From the human T2T-CHM13v2.0 reference genome, Homo sapiens: a stretch of 64,000 nucleotides of DNA. Below are positions 1 to 11,278 of this stretch, one piece after another. The stretch lies in assembly GCF_009914755.1 (NCBI RefSeq), contig NC_060936.1, one strand, 5' to 3'. The notes beneath the pieces were generated by a model. It ran no database searches, was not told where the DNA came from, and saw nothing but the letters and a program-made list of their open reading frames with translations. Position numbers and translations under genes: made by a program. How positions within the stretch are numbered: the stretch's first letter is position 1; each line of letters begins with the position of its first letter.

Positions 1-1079
1 ATATAAATGTTACTAATATGTGTTCTATTATTGTATGAAGTTCCTATAATTCTGATACATCTTAATATATAAGTAATAATTATTATTATGTTAAATTATT
101 GTATGCCACAGAAATAACAAAATTTTCTTACCAGTTATGTCTTTAACTGTTACTCTCCTAAGACTGTCATCCACAGATATTGTTTTATTTCGATTCTTCT
201 CAAAAAAACAGTTTATAATCTGCCATAGTCCAAAATTTCCTTCTTTAATAAAATTAATTGAAAGGAGTTCACCAGTACTCCTGAATACAGGTTTCTGATA
301 ACTTTGGAAATCATACCATTGGACTAAACAAATGAACAAACAAACAAAAAACATCTTCCAAGATTCTAAAAGGCTGATAGTGTTCATGAGAATTGCTAAC
401 TGAATATCAAGCAGAACAAGAGCTCTGGAGCCTGGTACCTTGTCTACACAGTTCCTTCACAGGATTCCTGACCTGTGATAAGTGAAAAAATGTTACTTTC
501 TGACAGGCCCAGGAACCCCAAGTTATCTTGAGACTTCATGAAAAGAGAAATTCACTCAATCCCTACAGGCATCTTGCAGATATTCAAATCCTTGGCTAGG
601 CTCAAAAGGCTTTAAAAAGTGTAACCTGAGATTTCTTATGTTAAAAAACGTTTCAGCAAAGCCATTTTAAAAGGATCCTATAGGATAAATAATTATTCTT
701 GGAGCAGCTTTTGCAAATAATCAGGCAAAGTAAAGTGAGACTAAAATTTATTTTGCAAATAAATTGGTCCTACTATGATGTTGTCTTTGATAACAATGTG
801 GGACTGGAGAGAGAAAAATTGTGTTTCAAAAGAAACTATAGTACACCTGTTACTAGATTCTAGCGCTGTCCATTGTTTTTCAGTTTTTATCATTTGTGTA
901 CAATTTAACTAGACTGGATCCTGAATACTACCTACAAGGCTGCAAAGTAGTGTTTCCAAAAATTTTCTTCTCCCATTTTTCTGTCTTGGAATCACTAGAA
1001 ATTATAACTGCTTTTCTTAAAGCCCTGTAAGCTGAAGTTAGGCAACTTATTTATATGTATAAATGCACACACACACACA

Positions 1080-1116
<37 letters not shown>

Positions 1117-1473
1117 CCCACATTCTTGCCTGCCTCCTGATGTGTGGACATCTCGGTAATATAGCCTGAATCAGTTATCCAAGATTGTTTTCCCTTTTGT
1201 TGCTATAATCTGGCTTTGGTCCCCCTCTTTTTCCCTCCTTTTCCCCCAGTCTTTCTTTGCCTACATTTCCCCCCCTTCTTTCTTCCTCCCCTTATTTTAC
1301 TCTGTGGGACATAAGACTCTGTGATCTCCTAGAATGAGCCTTCCTAACAATGTGGGACCTATCCTTCTAGGAATAAAGCATTGTAGTGGCAAGGGATCAG
1401 ATCAAGTCTGTGACGAGAGACTCATTTTCTTTTACAATACTTTCCCCAAAATATTTTGAACAATAGGAGGGAT
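1..1473 (+). mobile_element. ERV1 (MER4-group-like) internal 3' region
   Basis: Non-coding internal sequence typical of MER4-group elements, ending in a polypurine tract (aataggaggga, ~1462-1473) immediately before an LTR. Confidence 0.6.
1066..1112. repeat. (CA)n microsatellite
   Basis: About 23 CA units with one interruption. Confidence 0.95.
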
Positions 1474-2053
1474 ATATAAAAGAAAAATAAAATCTCAGGA
1501 CCCGAAACACTGTGCAAAAAGGAAAGTTAGGCTCGGGAACTAGGTCATGCAAAAACTGATTTTTTTGTTGTTGTTGTTACCAAAGAGATGCAATTTCACA
1601 TGCTGACTTTATATTATGTAAAATGTAAATTTACGGAGTACAATCCGAATGCATAATCGGCCGTTTCTCCACTCCTTCTTTTTACATGTAAAATGTAGAT
1701 TCAGTGAGTGTGAATCAAAGCCTCATAAGAATGTAACCATTTGCCTTGTGGTTACACAAGAATGTAACCACTTTCCAAAGAAGGTTTTGAGAATATTAAT
1801 ATTTAAAGACAAAAGAGTGAGCAGGGCTTTTCTTTTCTTTCTTCTTTCTCTTCCTGCTCACTCTCTTGTCTTTAAATATTGAAGTCCTCAAAACCTTCTT
1901 TGGAAAAAGTGTAAGTCTCAGATTGTACTGTAACTTACTTGTTTTTTTTTGTTTTGTTTTTTGTTTTTTTTCCCCCATGTGCATCCTCAACCTTGGCAAA
2001 ATAAACCGTAAAACTATTGAGAATTTCCTCAGTCATTTTTGGTTTTGGTTTAC
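1474..2053 (+). mobile_element. ERV1 3' LTR (MER4-group) containing a local inverted duplication
   Basis: Follows the PPT; AATAAA near 1999; ends ...ggtttaca; start resembles MER4-group LTRs. Confidence 0.6.
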
Positions 2054-2435
2054 AATTTACAATCTTCTGTTTCGTTCAGTTCATTATTGAAAGTGGATAC
2101 AAAAATCTCCAACTACTATTGCTTAATTGTCTTTTTTTCCCCTTTAATTCTGTTTTTGCTTTATAAATTTTGGGGTGTATTTTTAGGTGCATGTAGGTTT
2201 AAGATTGTCATGTCTTTATGACAGATTAGCCTTTTCATAATTGTAAAATGCCCTTTTTTGTTTCTAGAAATAATTTTTATCTCGAAGCCTATTTTGTCTT
2301 TTCATAACTGTATTCATGGTATACCTTTTTTATTCTTTTATTTTCTAACTATTTGTGTGTTTTAAACCTTGATGTGTCTCATGTATACAGCACTTAGTTG
2401 GATCCCATTTTGTGTCAATTTTTCTAATATCTGCC

Positions 2436-2712
2436 TTTTTTTTTTTTCCGGAAGCAGTGTCTCACTCTGTCTCCCATGCTGGGGTGCAGTGGCATGATCA
2501 TAGCTCACTGTGGCCTTGAACTTGTGGGCTCAAGTGATCCTCCTGCCTAATCCTACAGGTGTGCACCACCACCCCTGGCTAATTTTTCAACAAAGGGTTT
2601 CGTAGAGATGGGTTTCACTATGTTGCCCAGACTGGTCTCCTGGCCTCATGTGATTCTTTCACCTCAACCTTCCAAGTGCTAAGATTACAGGCATGAGCCA
2701 GTGCTCCCAGCC
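2436..2712 (-). mobile_element. AluJ-type SINE
   Basis: Poly-T then diverged antisense Alu body ending ...gagccagtgctcccagcc. Confidence 0.85.
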
Positions 2713-3394
2713 TCCACCAATATCTACCTTTAGATCACGATGTTGAATCCATCTAAATTTAATGTAATAACTGATTTGTTAGAGTTTAAATCCGACTTTT
2801 GTTGTTTTCTATATGTCTTATGTCTTCTTATTTCTTTATCATTCCATTACTATATTCTTTTGTGTTAAATAGATATTTTCTCCAATTTAACTATATTGTT
2901 TTATTTTAATACATTTTCTCAGCTATTTCTTTAGTGGTTTTTCTGGGGGATTACCATTAACATTCTAATTCATAACAATCTAGGTAAGATTAATACAATC
3001 TTAATTTTAACAGTATCTCCAAACTTTACTCTTGGATAGCTCTGGACCCTCCCACTGTCTTTATTGTTGCCATATAAATTACAGCTTTATACATTAAATA
3101 TCTATGCAAGTCTATAAAGTATGCATCTATACACATTTACAATTATTGCTTTATGCAATTTTATTTTAATAAGTTAGCAAAAAAATATAATTATTAAACA
3201 AAAATACATTAATATTGTCTTTTATATTTACTCATATAGTTACCTTTACCAATGATCTCTATGTTTTCATGTGGATTCAAGTTACTTCCTAGTTGTCCTT
3301 TTATTTCAGTCTGACGGACTCTCTGTAGCATTTATTGTAAGACAAATCTGCTAATAACAAATTCTTTTAATTTATATTTAACTTGGATTGTTAA

Positions 3395-4485
3395 TTCTGG
3401 TAATAGGATTGCTAGATCAAATGGCAGGTCTACTTTAGTTCTTCGAGAAATCTCTGTACTATTCTCCATAGGGTTTTTATTAATTTACATTTTCACAAGG
3501 AGTGTATAAGTGTTTCCTTTGTAGCATATCTATGTCAACATCCAGAGTTTTCCAGTTTTGTAATTACAGCCATTCTTGCAGGAGTTAGATTGTATCTCAT
3601 TGTGATTGTAATTTGCATTTCCCTGATTATTAGTGATATTGAGCATTTTTCATGTTTGTTGGCCATTTGTATATCTTCTTTTGAGAAGTGTCTATTTATA
3701 CAATTTGCTCACTTTTTGATGGAATTATTTGTTTTCTTGCTGATTTGTTTGAGTTCTTTATAAACTCTGGATATTAGTCTTTTGTTAGATGCTTAGTTTG
3801 CAAATATTTTCTCCAATTCTGTGGGTTATCTGTTTACTCTGATTATGTCTTTTGGTGTGCAGAAGCTTTTTCATTTAATTAGGTCCCATTTATTTATTTT
3901 TGTTTTGTTACCTTTTCTTTTGGAGTATTAATCATAAGCTCTTTGCCTAACCCAATGTTCAGAAGAGTTTTTCTTTAGGTTTTCTTCTAGAATTTTTATG
4001 GTATCAAGCCTCAGATTTAAGTCTTTAATCCATCTTGAGTTGATTTTTGTATATAGTGAGGCATAGGGATACAGTTTCTTTCTTCTACATGTGGCTGTCC
4101 AGTTTTTCCAGCACCATTTATTGAATTATTTCCCCAATCTACGTACATTTTGTCAAAGATCAGTTGGTTATAAGTATTTGGCTTAATTTCTGGGTTATCT
4201 ATCTATCCTGTTCCATTGGCTTACGTATTTAATTTTATACCAGTACCATGCTGTTTTGTTTATGATAGCCTTGTAGTATAATTTGAAGTCAGGTAATGTG
4301 ATGCCTCCAGATTTGTTCTTTTTACTTAGGATTGCTTTGGCTATTCAGGCTCTTTTTTTGGTTCCATATGAATTTTAGAATTGTTTTCTGTAGTTCTGTG
4401 AAAAATGATGTTGATATTTTCATGGGAATTGCATTGAATCAGTAGATTGCTTTGGGCAGTGTGGTCATTTTCATGATATTGATGA
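3395..4485 (-). mobile_element. Old L1 (L1PB/L1MA-like) ORF2 3' region
   Basis: Antisense L1 motifs such as cagaagctttttcattta and gtgatgcctccagatttgttc; flanked by further L1M debris (2070-3390, 5120-5730). Confidence 0.8.
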
Positions 4486-4491
4486 TCATAT

Positions 4492-5118
4492 TATTATAGA
4501 AATTATTAAGAAATTATTTCAGGCAGATAGGATAAGTGGTCCTTGGTAAGGTTTTTTTCTTTAAATAAAAGCAGCTCCAGAAACATTTCTTTTTTAGCAA
4601 AAAAATGGCTTGAAGGGCCAAGCCAGCAAGCTTTGATATGCAAATGCTGGCTATTAGAAGCTGGGTCCATCCAATATGGCAAGTCCCACCTTCTTCTCCT
4701 TGTCACCACATGTGCCAAGCATCATGGCACCCCCAGAGGTCTCCACTGTGCAGAAAATCATGGCGGCCTGCATTTGCATATTAAAAGACTAGGGTGGGAG
4801 AGCCAGTTTTTTTGCAGGCTATGTGAATGACATACTAAGTCAAACCAATCCCCTGGGCCTATAAAAATCAGACACCACCTCCTCCAGCCTTCTAATATAA
4901 CAGATTGTTTCCACCATACTTGGGGTTTCCTCTCTCTGCTTGGAGCCACCCCCACCCCTCACCGACCCCCCGTCTCTGTAGCTGGGAGCTTCTTCTTTCT
5001 TTCTTGCCTATTAAACTCTCTGTTCCTTAAAACCACTCCATGTGTGTCCATGTTGTCTTATCTAAATTGGCGTGAGACAAAGGACTCTGGTGTTCCTCCA
5101 TTCATTGAAGCTGTATCA
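4492..5118 (+). mobile_element. ERV1 solo LTR (MER50-like, subfamily uncertain)
   Basis: 4-bp TSD ATAT (4488-4491 / 5119-5122); ends ...gtatca; TATAAAA near 4860; ATTAAA near 5010; two octamer motifs. Confidence 0.75.
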
Positions 5119-5734
5119 ATATTTTGTATCATTTCAATGAACTACTATAGGCAGCCCATCCCTTAAGTTTCCCTCTTAAGTTTTTTGGTCAGCTTTTCCT
5201 TTGCCCCAGCTGTTATTCCATATTAAGCAGCTGCAATGTACAGCAATAGGTGCTGATTGTTTTTGTCAAATACCCCTAGGGAAAAAGTCATTTGCACTGA
5301 GCGAGCTCTGTTTGAGATCAACTAAAGTCGTAGGTGGGAATTTCCAAGATCATGTTTGATAGTTTGAATAATGACAGTACTCTAAGAATAATTTTTGGGA
5401 CTTCTAAACCCTTTATGGCCCCTCTGAGACCTGTTGGGCTACAGTTCACTACTGCTACTATAGTTGTAAGACCTACTATAGTTTTTCAAGGCTACTGTGA
5501 AGCTGAGGAATACGGAATAGGAATAGAGCAAGTTAAATCTCCACAAAGGTCACTGTTTTCAATTAAATTCACCTATTTTCTTGAGTAAATGCTTGCCAGA
5601 TTTTTGCAAGTCTTTGGTTAATTCACAGTATTCTGAGGAAGTTTGTTTTGACAGTTTTTGTCAATGTTCTTGTTGATTTTATGAAGGAATAGCTTTTTGT
5701 AGGTCTTTATTCCACTGTTTCTGCTCATGTCTGG

Positions 5735-6520
5735 CAAGACAATTAAGCAGGTAATTATGAGGGCATGTAGAACACATCTTGGAGAATTTATTCTCAAGGT
5801 GGCATTCTATAAAATTATGTAAATATTTAATCTGAGAAGTGAAAGATGAGACAGTTTTCCAGGTGAATAAGGCAGAGGAAAAACAACAACAACAACAACT
5901 TTGTAGACAAGGGTAAAATGTACAAGTCTTAGAGATGGGAGAAAGAATGGTCCACTACAGTGAGACTGAAGAATGGAACAAGAGACAAAGCCAGATTACA
6001 GGGTGAAATCAATGCTGTTAAATAGTCTGGAATTATTCTAAGTGCAGAAAGAAAGTAATAAATTCTTATAAATTTGGGACAAATTGCAATTAGATATTAA
6101 TTTTTGGAAGTTAACAGGTGCAATTTTTGGAAGTTACTCAGTCTAACAGGTGCAAGATGAACTGGAATAAAGGGATACCATAGAGAGATGACTGCCTTTA
6201 AGACCAATGCAGTGGAAGTAGAGATGATGGAAAGTTGTTGAATTAAAGACATTACTAGTCATTACAGTCTATGATTTATTAGGTAGGGTCATTTAATCAG
6301 AAAAAAATGCAGACAGAGAGTCAAGGATGGCCTTCATGCTTTGATTCCTAAAACTGTGGGCAGTATTCTTTCAAATGAGTCAGAAATTAGGGGGTAAAAT
6401 TAGATTTAGAAAAGAATCAAAATGATCACTTTTGTTTCTGGAATATGTGGGAGATTGAGTTGGATATTTTAATGGACTTTTGGATATATGCTGCTAGCCC
6501 TAAGCAAAGGAGTCTGATCA
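5735..6520 (-). mobile_element. L2 fragment
   Basis: Purine-rich degenerate sequence with L2-like motifs (gagtcaaggatggccttcatg); orientation by eye. Confidence 0.5.
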
Positions 6521-6527
6521 GGAAAAT

Positions 6528-6568
<41 letters not shown>

Positions 6569-6618
6569 CATCTATCTATCTATCTATCTGCATATATGTG
6601 TGTATATATGTATATATA

Positions 6619-6651
<33 letters not shown>

Positions 6652-6652
6652 G
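6528..6652. repeat. Compound (TATC)n/(TG)n/(TA)n microsatellite
   Basis: Direct reading of the tandem units. Confidence 0.95.
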
Positions 6653-6689
6653 TCTTCCTTATCTTTTGATTTAAAAACTGGTTTTCCAT

Positions 6690-7086
6690 TTACAATGGGT
6701 GCAATGGTGTGTCTCCACTTTGGACTGAAGCCTCATTGTCTCAGCACCTGGGAGTCAGAAGCTTTCAACTGAATCTTCCTTGTATGGCTCTCAGCTAAAC
6801 AGAAGTGCCTTCTCAAAGTCACACTTTCTCCCAGTGCCAGATGTATCAAACGGCTGGTTCGTGTGGGAGTATAAAAGCTTGGACTTGTTGCCTTATATCA
6901 AGATAAACTTGAAAGGGCACTCACCTCCAGAGCTCCCTATACTGTTAGCTGAAGCCTTTGTGTTACTGCATCACAATTCAATATCTGCCTTTGCCCAATC
7001 CTTTCTTTCTCATCCACAGGTACTTAACATCCTTTATGTAATCCTTCATCTGAGAGTCTGTTTTTGAGGAACCTGACCTGTAACAC
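6690..7086 (+). mobile_element. LTR16-family (ERV-L) solo LTR
   Basis: Motifs ctccagagctccc, actgcatcacaattcaa, ctgcctttgcccaatcc and a terminal gagagtctgtttttgaggaacctgacctgtaaca resemble LTR16A as recalled. Confidence 0.65.
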
Positions 7087-7087
7087 A

Positions 7088-8590
7088 GCCTGAAGAAATT
7101 TGGGGACAAATCCTAGCAAAAAATTGGGATATCATTCTTGATGTATTTATTTTTTGGATGATACATATCATTTTACTCCCTAAGAGCCATACCAATCAAT
7201 ACTACAAAAGAATGAGCAAACGGAATTTCTCTGCAGCCTGTATCTCAACAAGATCTGCTCCTCCAACTCCTTGCATCTGGCATTTTTTGGGGGATAATCA
7301 TAAGGAATGTTTTGACTCTCTGATAAACACACAGAAATGAACATTTTGTAGGAAACCATAAACATGAGTCATACAGATAAAAAGCAAACATAGTTCTATT
7401 TACTGTCATCAGAGTATGTAGATCAATATTTTATTGCATTGGAAGCTTCATCTGCCATTTTTAAAGTAATCATTTCAACCAGGAGGATGGTATATTCTGA
7501 CTGAAAACCTCCCAGGACCATATTATGTAGGCAAATGATTTTTTCCAAAGAAATAGACAGGAAAGTGGCTGTAAAGACAAAATGTATACCTTTGACTATA
7601 GTGGCTAAGGCCGTATCTCTGTGTTTTTTCCATTGACCACATGGTTGGTTTGAGTCATAGGTGTACTGAGTCAAATGGAATTGAATGATAAAATCAAGGA
7701 GCACTTTGTATCCAGAAGTACAGCAGAACATATCAAATATTAAATTGATGCATAAAATAGGAAATATCTTTGTTTACCTACATGTTAATACTAAAAAGTA
7801 CTATTGCCCCATGCTTCACGATGAATATCAGGAAAGTAAGAACCATGGGAGATAAAAAATGAATTAACATAGTCTCCGACCTGTGTGTCTACAGTTGAAT
7901 TTTATACATATAAGCCTTATAAATAAAGCATTTTACCTGCAAAAAAAGTGATCATAAAATAATATGATTACACAATTACACAAGGTGATAAAAGGAAAAG
8001 TTCTAATAAAGGGGCTAAGGAGCCGTGTGATAAACCAGTTGTAGGAAATATACTTCTCAGTCTTGCTTTGGATGTTGGAACGGTTTTTGAATGTCCTGGT
8101 TTTAGGAAAACTCACCTTCTACCTTTCTTCGAAACTTCAGAATTCATTTGCAACCAAATAAGGAAGTAACTCCTACGCATCTGTTTCCTATACACGTTTC
8201 TCTTCATTTCACCACAAAACTATGTAATTTATAGGAAGTCAATTTAACTTCTTTTCTTAGAAACAAGAAGTTACAAATTTCAAGGGTATTTTTGGAGGTA
8301 TTGGCGGTTTACAATTTCATTCAAGGTTATTGTCATAGTTTGTTACACTTTTTAGTATAAGAAAAGCCTAATACAAAATATGTCAAACTAGCAAATAATT
8401 GAATTAATTTAAAAGAAGATAAAATGAGAACATTAATAAGAAGAATAAATATAGAACCCAACGTACCTTGAATTTCAGTGAAGCAACAAATTGTTTTTCT
8501 TAAAATATCTGTGTTTATATGAGCACTAAGTGGGCTGGGATTGTAAAATCCTGTTAGTAACAGCGGAATCACCTTTGTATCATGACAATG
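7088..8590 (-). pseudogene. Putative decayed NKC C-type lectin-like gene (cytoplasmic, TM and stalk/CTLD exon remnants)
   Basis: Donors CAAG|GTACGT (exon end 8467), GAAG|GTGAGT (8116) and GCAG|GTAAAA (7937, after a hydrophobic stretch). Acceptor tttatcag| at 7319 opens ESQNIP...CSFFCSIDWYGS*GVK*YVSS...FC, similar to a CxxDW..KCY..W..FC CTLD start. Confidence 0.5.
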
Positions 8591-8759
8591 ATGAAATTAC
8601 TGTCTCTTGTCACAGCTGTGTGATTTGACTAATATAATTTGGCTTATATAATTCCCCAGCAATTAAATCTACTTTTCTGATTACACTACACCTGCACCTT
8701 AATAGGTGTATTTAGCTGGGGAAATAAAAAATCATGCTGAAATGTCTCATTTAAAAAAC

Positions 8760-9680
8760 ATAACCCACTTGAAACAGGCTTTTGTAGTTAGTACTGCACC
8801 CTAAACTATTCCTGTCAAGACCACCAATGACCTTCATTTTACAAAACTAATGACTGGTTCTCTGTTTTCATCTTGATTTCCATTTCTTTCTCTTTCTGTT
8901 TCTCTCTCTCAGTTTGGCTTGCATGAAACTTTTCTTCTATGTCACTAGTCATTTCTCTGAAGAAGCCCTTTTCACCCCTTTGTTTTCTTCTACTTTATCT
9001 GCACAAGCTTCCTAGATTATCTCATCCAGCCCATAGCATTAATGCCTTCCATATTCTTACGACCTGTTTTTCAGCTTTGACCTCCTTTTTGCATTCCATA
9101 TTTGTCTGGCAACCGCTTAGTCACACTCTCTACTTCAGTGTCAAATTGACATTTTGAATTTAAAATGTTAAAAGCTCATCTTCTCATTTTGCCTTTCATA
9201 CCAGCTTATTCTCCAGCTTTTCATATCTCAATGGTAGTTTTATCACATTCACACATATCAAAAACTCCTGAGACAACTTTGTCCTCTCTCTCCTAAACAC
9301 AACGTCTAACCCTCAGTGAGCAATGCACACAGAATCATACGTCCACTGCGACCACTGTATTTCACATTTCACGCTAACACCAACAATTGCCTGCTATCGT
9401 TAACAGTGTTTTAATTGTGATCTTTCTGCTTCTGTCTTGAAGCAATGGTAAAGAACTCCCTGGACCCCCATATTTATGCCTGGACCCTGCTTTGTTTCTT
9501 CAAGGCACTTTTCCTCCAGCCGAATTATTAGTATAAGATTGTTCTGTTTGCTGCCTATCTCCCTTCATTTGAATGTAAGCAGCATAAGGGCATCAGTTTT
9601 CTTGTACTAATTGCTATATACCTAGTGCCGAGAACATTGCCAGGTGATAGCAGATGTTCAATAAGTATTTGTTTAATTAA
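8760..9680 (+). mobile_element. L2 3' fragments
   Basis: Typical L2 3' end (gaatgtaagcagcataagggc...cctagtgccgagaacattgccagg...tcaataagtatttgttt). Confidence 0.65.
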
Positions 9681-11225
9681 TACAGACATCGATGTGTACA
9701 TATGATAGTGAGCGAGAGTGGGTAGATCGAGGATGATTATATTAAAAGATGTGATCAGAGAGGACTTCTCTGAATAATCCAGATTTCTTCTAGATTTCTC
9801 ATTTGTAAGTATGGTAGTGCTCCTGAGAGAAAAAGGCACTGCAGACGTGATATGCAGATAGCAAGTCCAAGAAGTAAGAAGCAGAAGCCTTCTTACCTTC
9901 GTGTACCATATATTCTCTTTGGTTTTACCCTGCTTTGAAAGGTACCATGACTCTGTACCTCTCAAAATTTCATTTCCAGTGGTCCAATATATACTCAGCC
10001 TGAGCTCGCTGAAAAATCTCCAGCTCTTTTTTTCTGGGCAGGTGATATTGGCAGCATCCTGGCCAGGAGGTCTAGCCTGAGAAATAGAACTTTTTCAAAT
10101 AGCGTGTCTTGTATTGATTCCTCTTGTTGCATCAGTTAACCACCAAACATTTATCATGATTTAAGTTTACATCCTCAACACTTTTCATATATTTTCTACA
10201 GGAGAATGGTGGAAATCAAGGAGGGGGAGTATGTCAACCACTGGAATACTGTGAGGACGAACGCATTGGCTTTTACATGGGTTTTAGGAAGAACCACATG
10301 ATTGACAGTGTCAGTCCACATCCCTTCTGATTATCCACAAATTAAAAATTGAGCTGAGATCTGAATGGTGATTGAATTTGTCTGGGAAGACACTACCATT
10401 GTTGTTTTGATTGTCATTATTTAATATCTGTCATTTAAAGACCCCACCATTTTCTTCCTTTAGGAGGAAAAACCATCTTGGCTTTTCTGCTGTAATTATT
10501 CTTCTGGATAACTCTCAGAATAATTTTTGTTCTGATTTTGTCAAGGTATTAAATAATTACTGATATGTTGCTATATTATATATTTAATTTTCGGTTTTCT
10601 TCTTACCGGGCTTCTCAGAAAAATTTGACGTAATTGATCTTTACTTTTCCTTTATACACTTCCTTCCTTTGGTTGCTAGAGAAGTAGTATCGATAATACT
10701 AGTGATATCAACATCACCATCTTTACCACTTCTAATGCTGCCGCTGACTCTACCACTATCAATCTCTTCATGTGAATTACACATAAGGGTTGTTTTGTGT
10801 TTCATATTAACTTTCTTAGGTGTTTTCTTTAAAGTACTCATAATTGTAACTATAATATGCAGTTTCCTATGTAATCATTTGATAGTGGAGGATTTATGGT
10901 GAATTATTTTCATGAGACTGCCTGAAATTTTATACTCTCTGGTTAGAGATCTTTTGTTAATTTCTTCCCATAAGTGTGTGTGTGTGTGTGAATTTCATTT
11001 TAAAGAAAAAATGAGAAAAAATTTATTTCCAGGACACAGAATAAATTGGAAACAGACATACTTCTGTCTGTTTTTTTTCACTGCTCATTTTATTCAATTC
11101 AAAACAATATAAACATTCAGATACTCTTTGAGCTGGTTTCAGGATTTTAGACCTCTGTGAATAATTTTTTTTCTTCTTTTTTACGAGTATTCCAACCACA
11201 TTTTTGGGGGGAGCAGGCATATTCA

Positions 11226-11278
11226 TTTTGCTGTTGAAATTATGGCAAAAACTGCAATGACTTTTGCACCAATCTAAT
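11226..11278. mobile_element. MADE1 (Hsmar1-derived MITE), partial
   Basis: atggcaaaaactgcaatgacttttgcaccaatctaata matches the MADE1 terminal inverted repeat followed by TA. Confidence 0.8.

Noticed and set aside
10641-10902. Hydrophobic 77-aa ORF as a TM exon of another lectin
   Set aside because: Low-complexity sequence with no convincing splice sites or neighbouring lectin exons.
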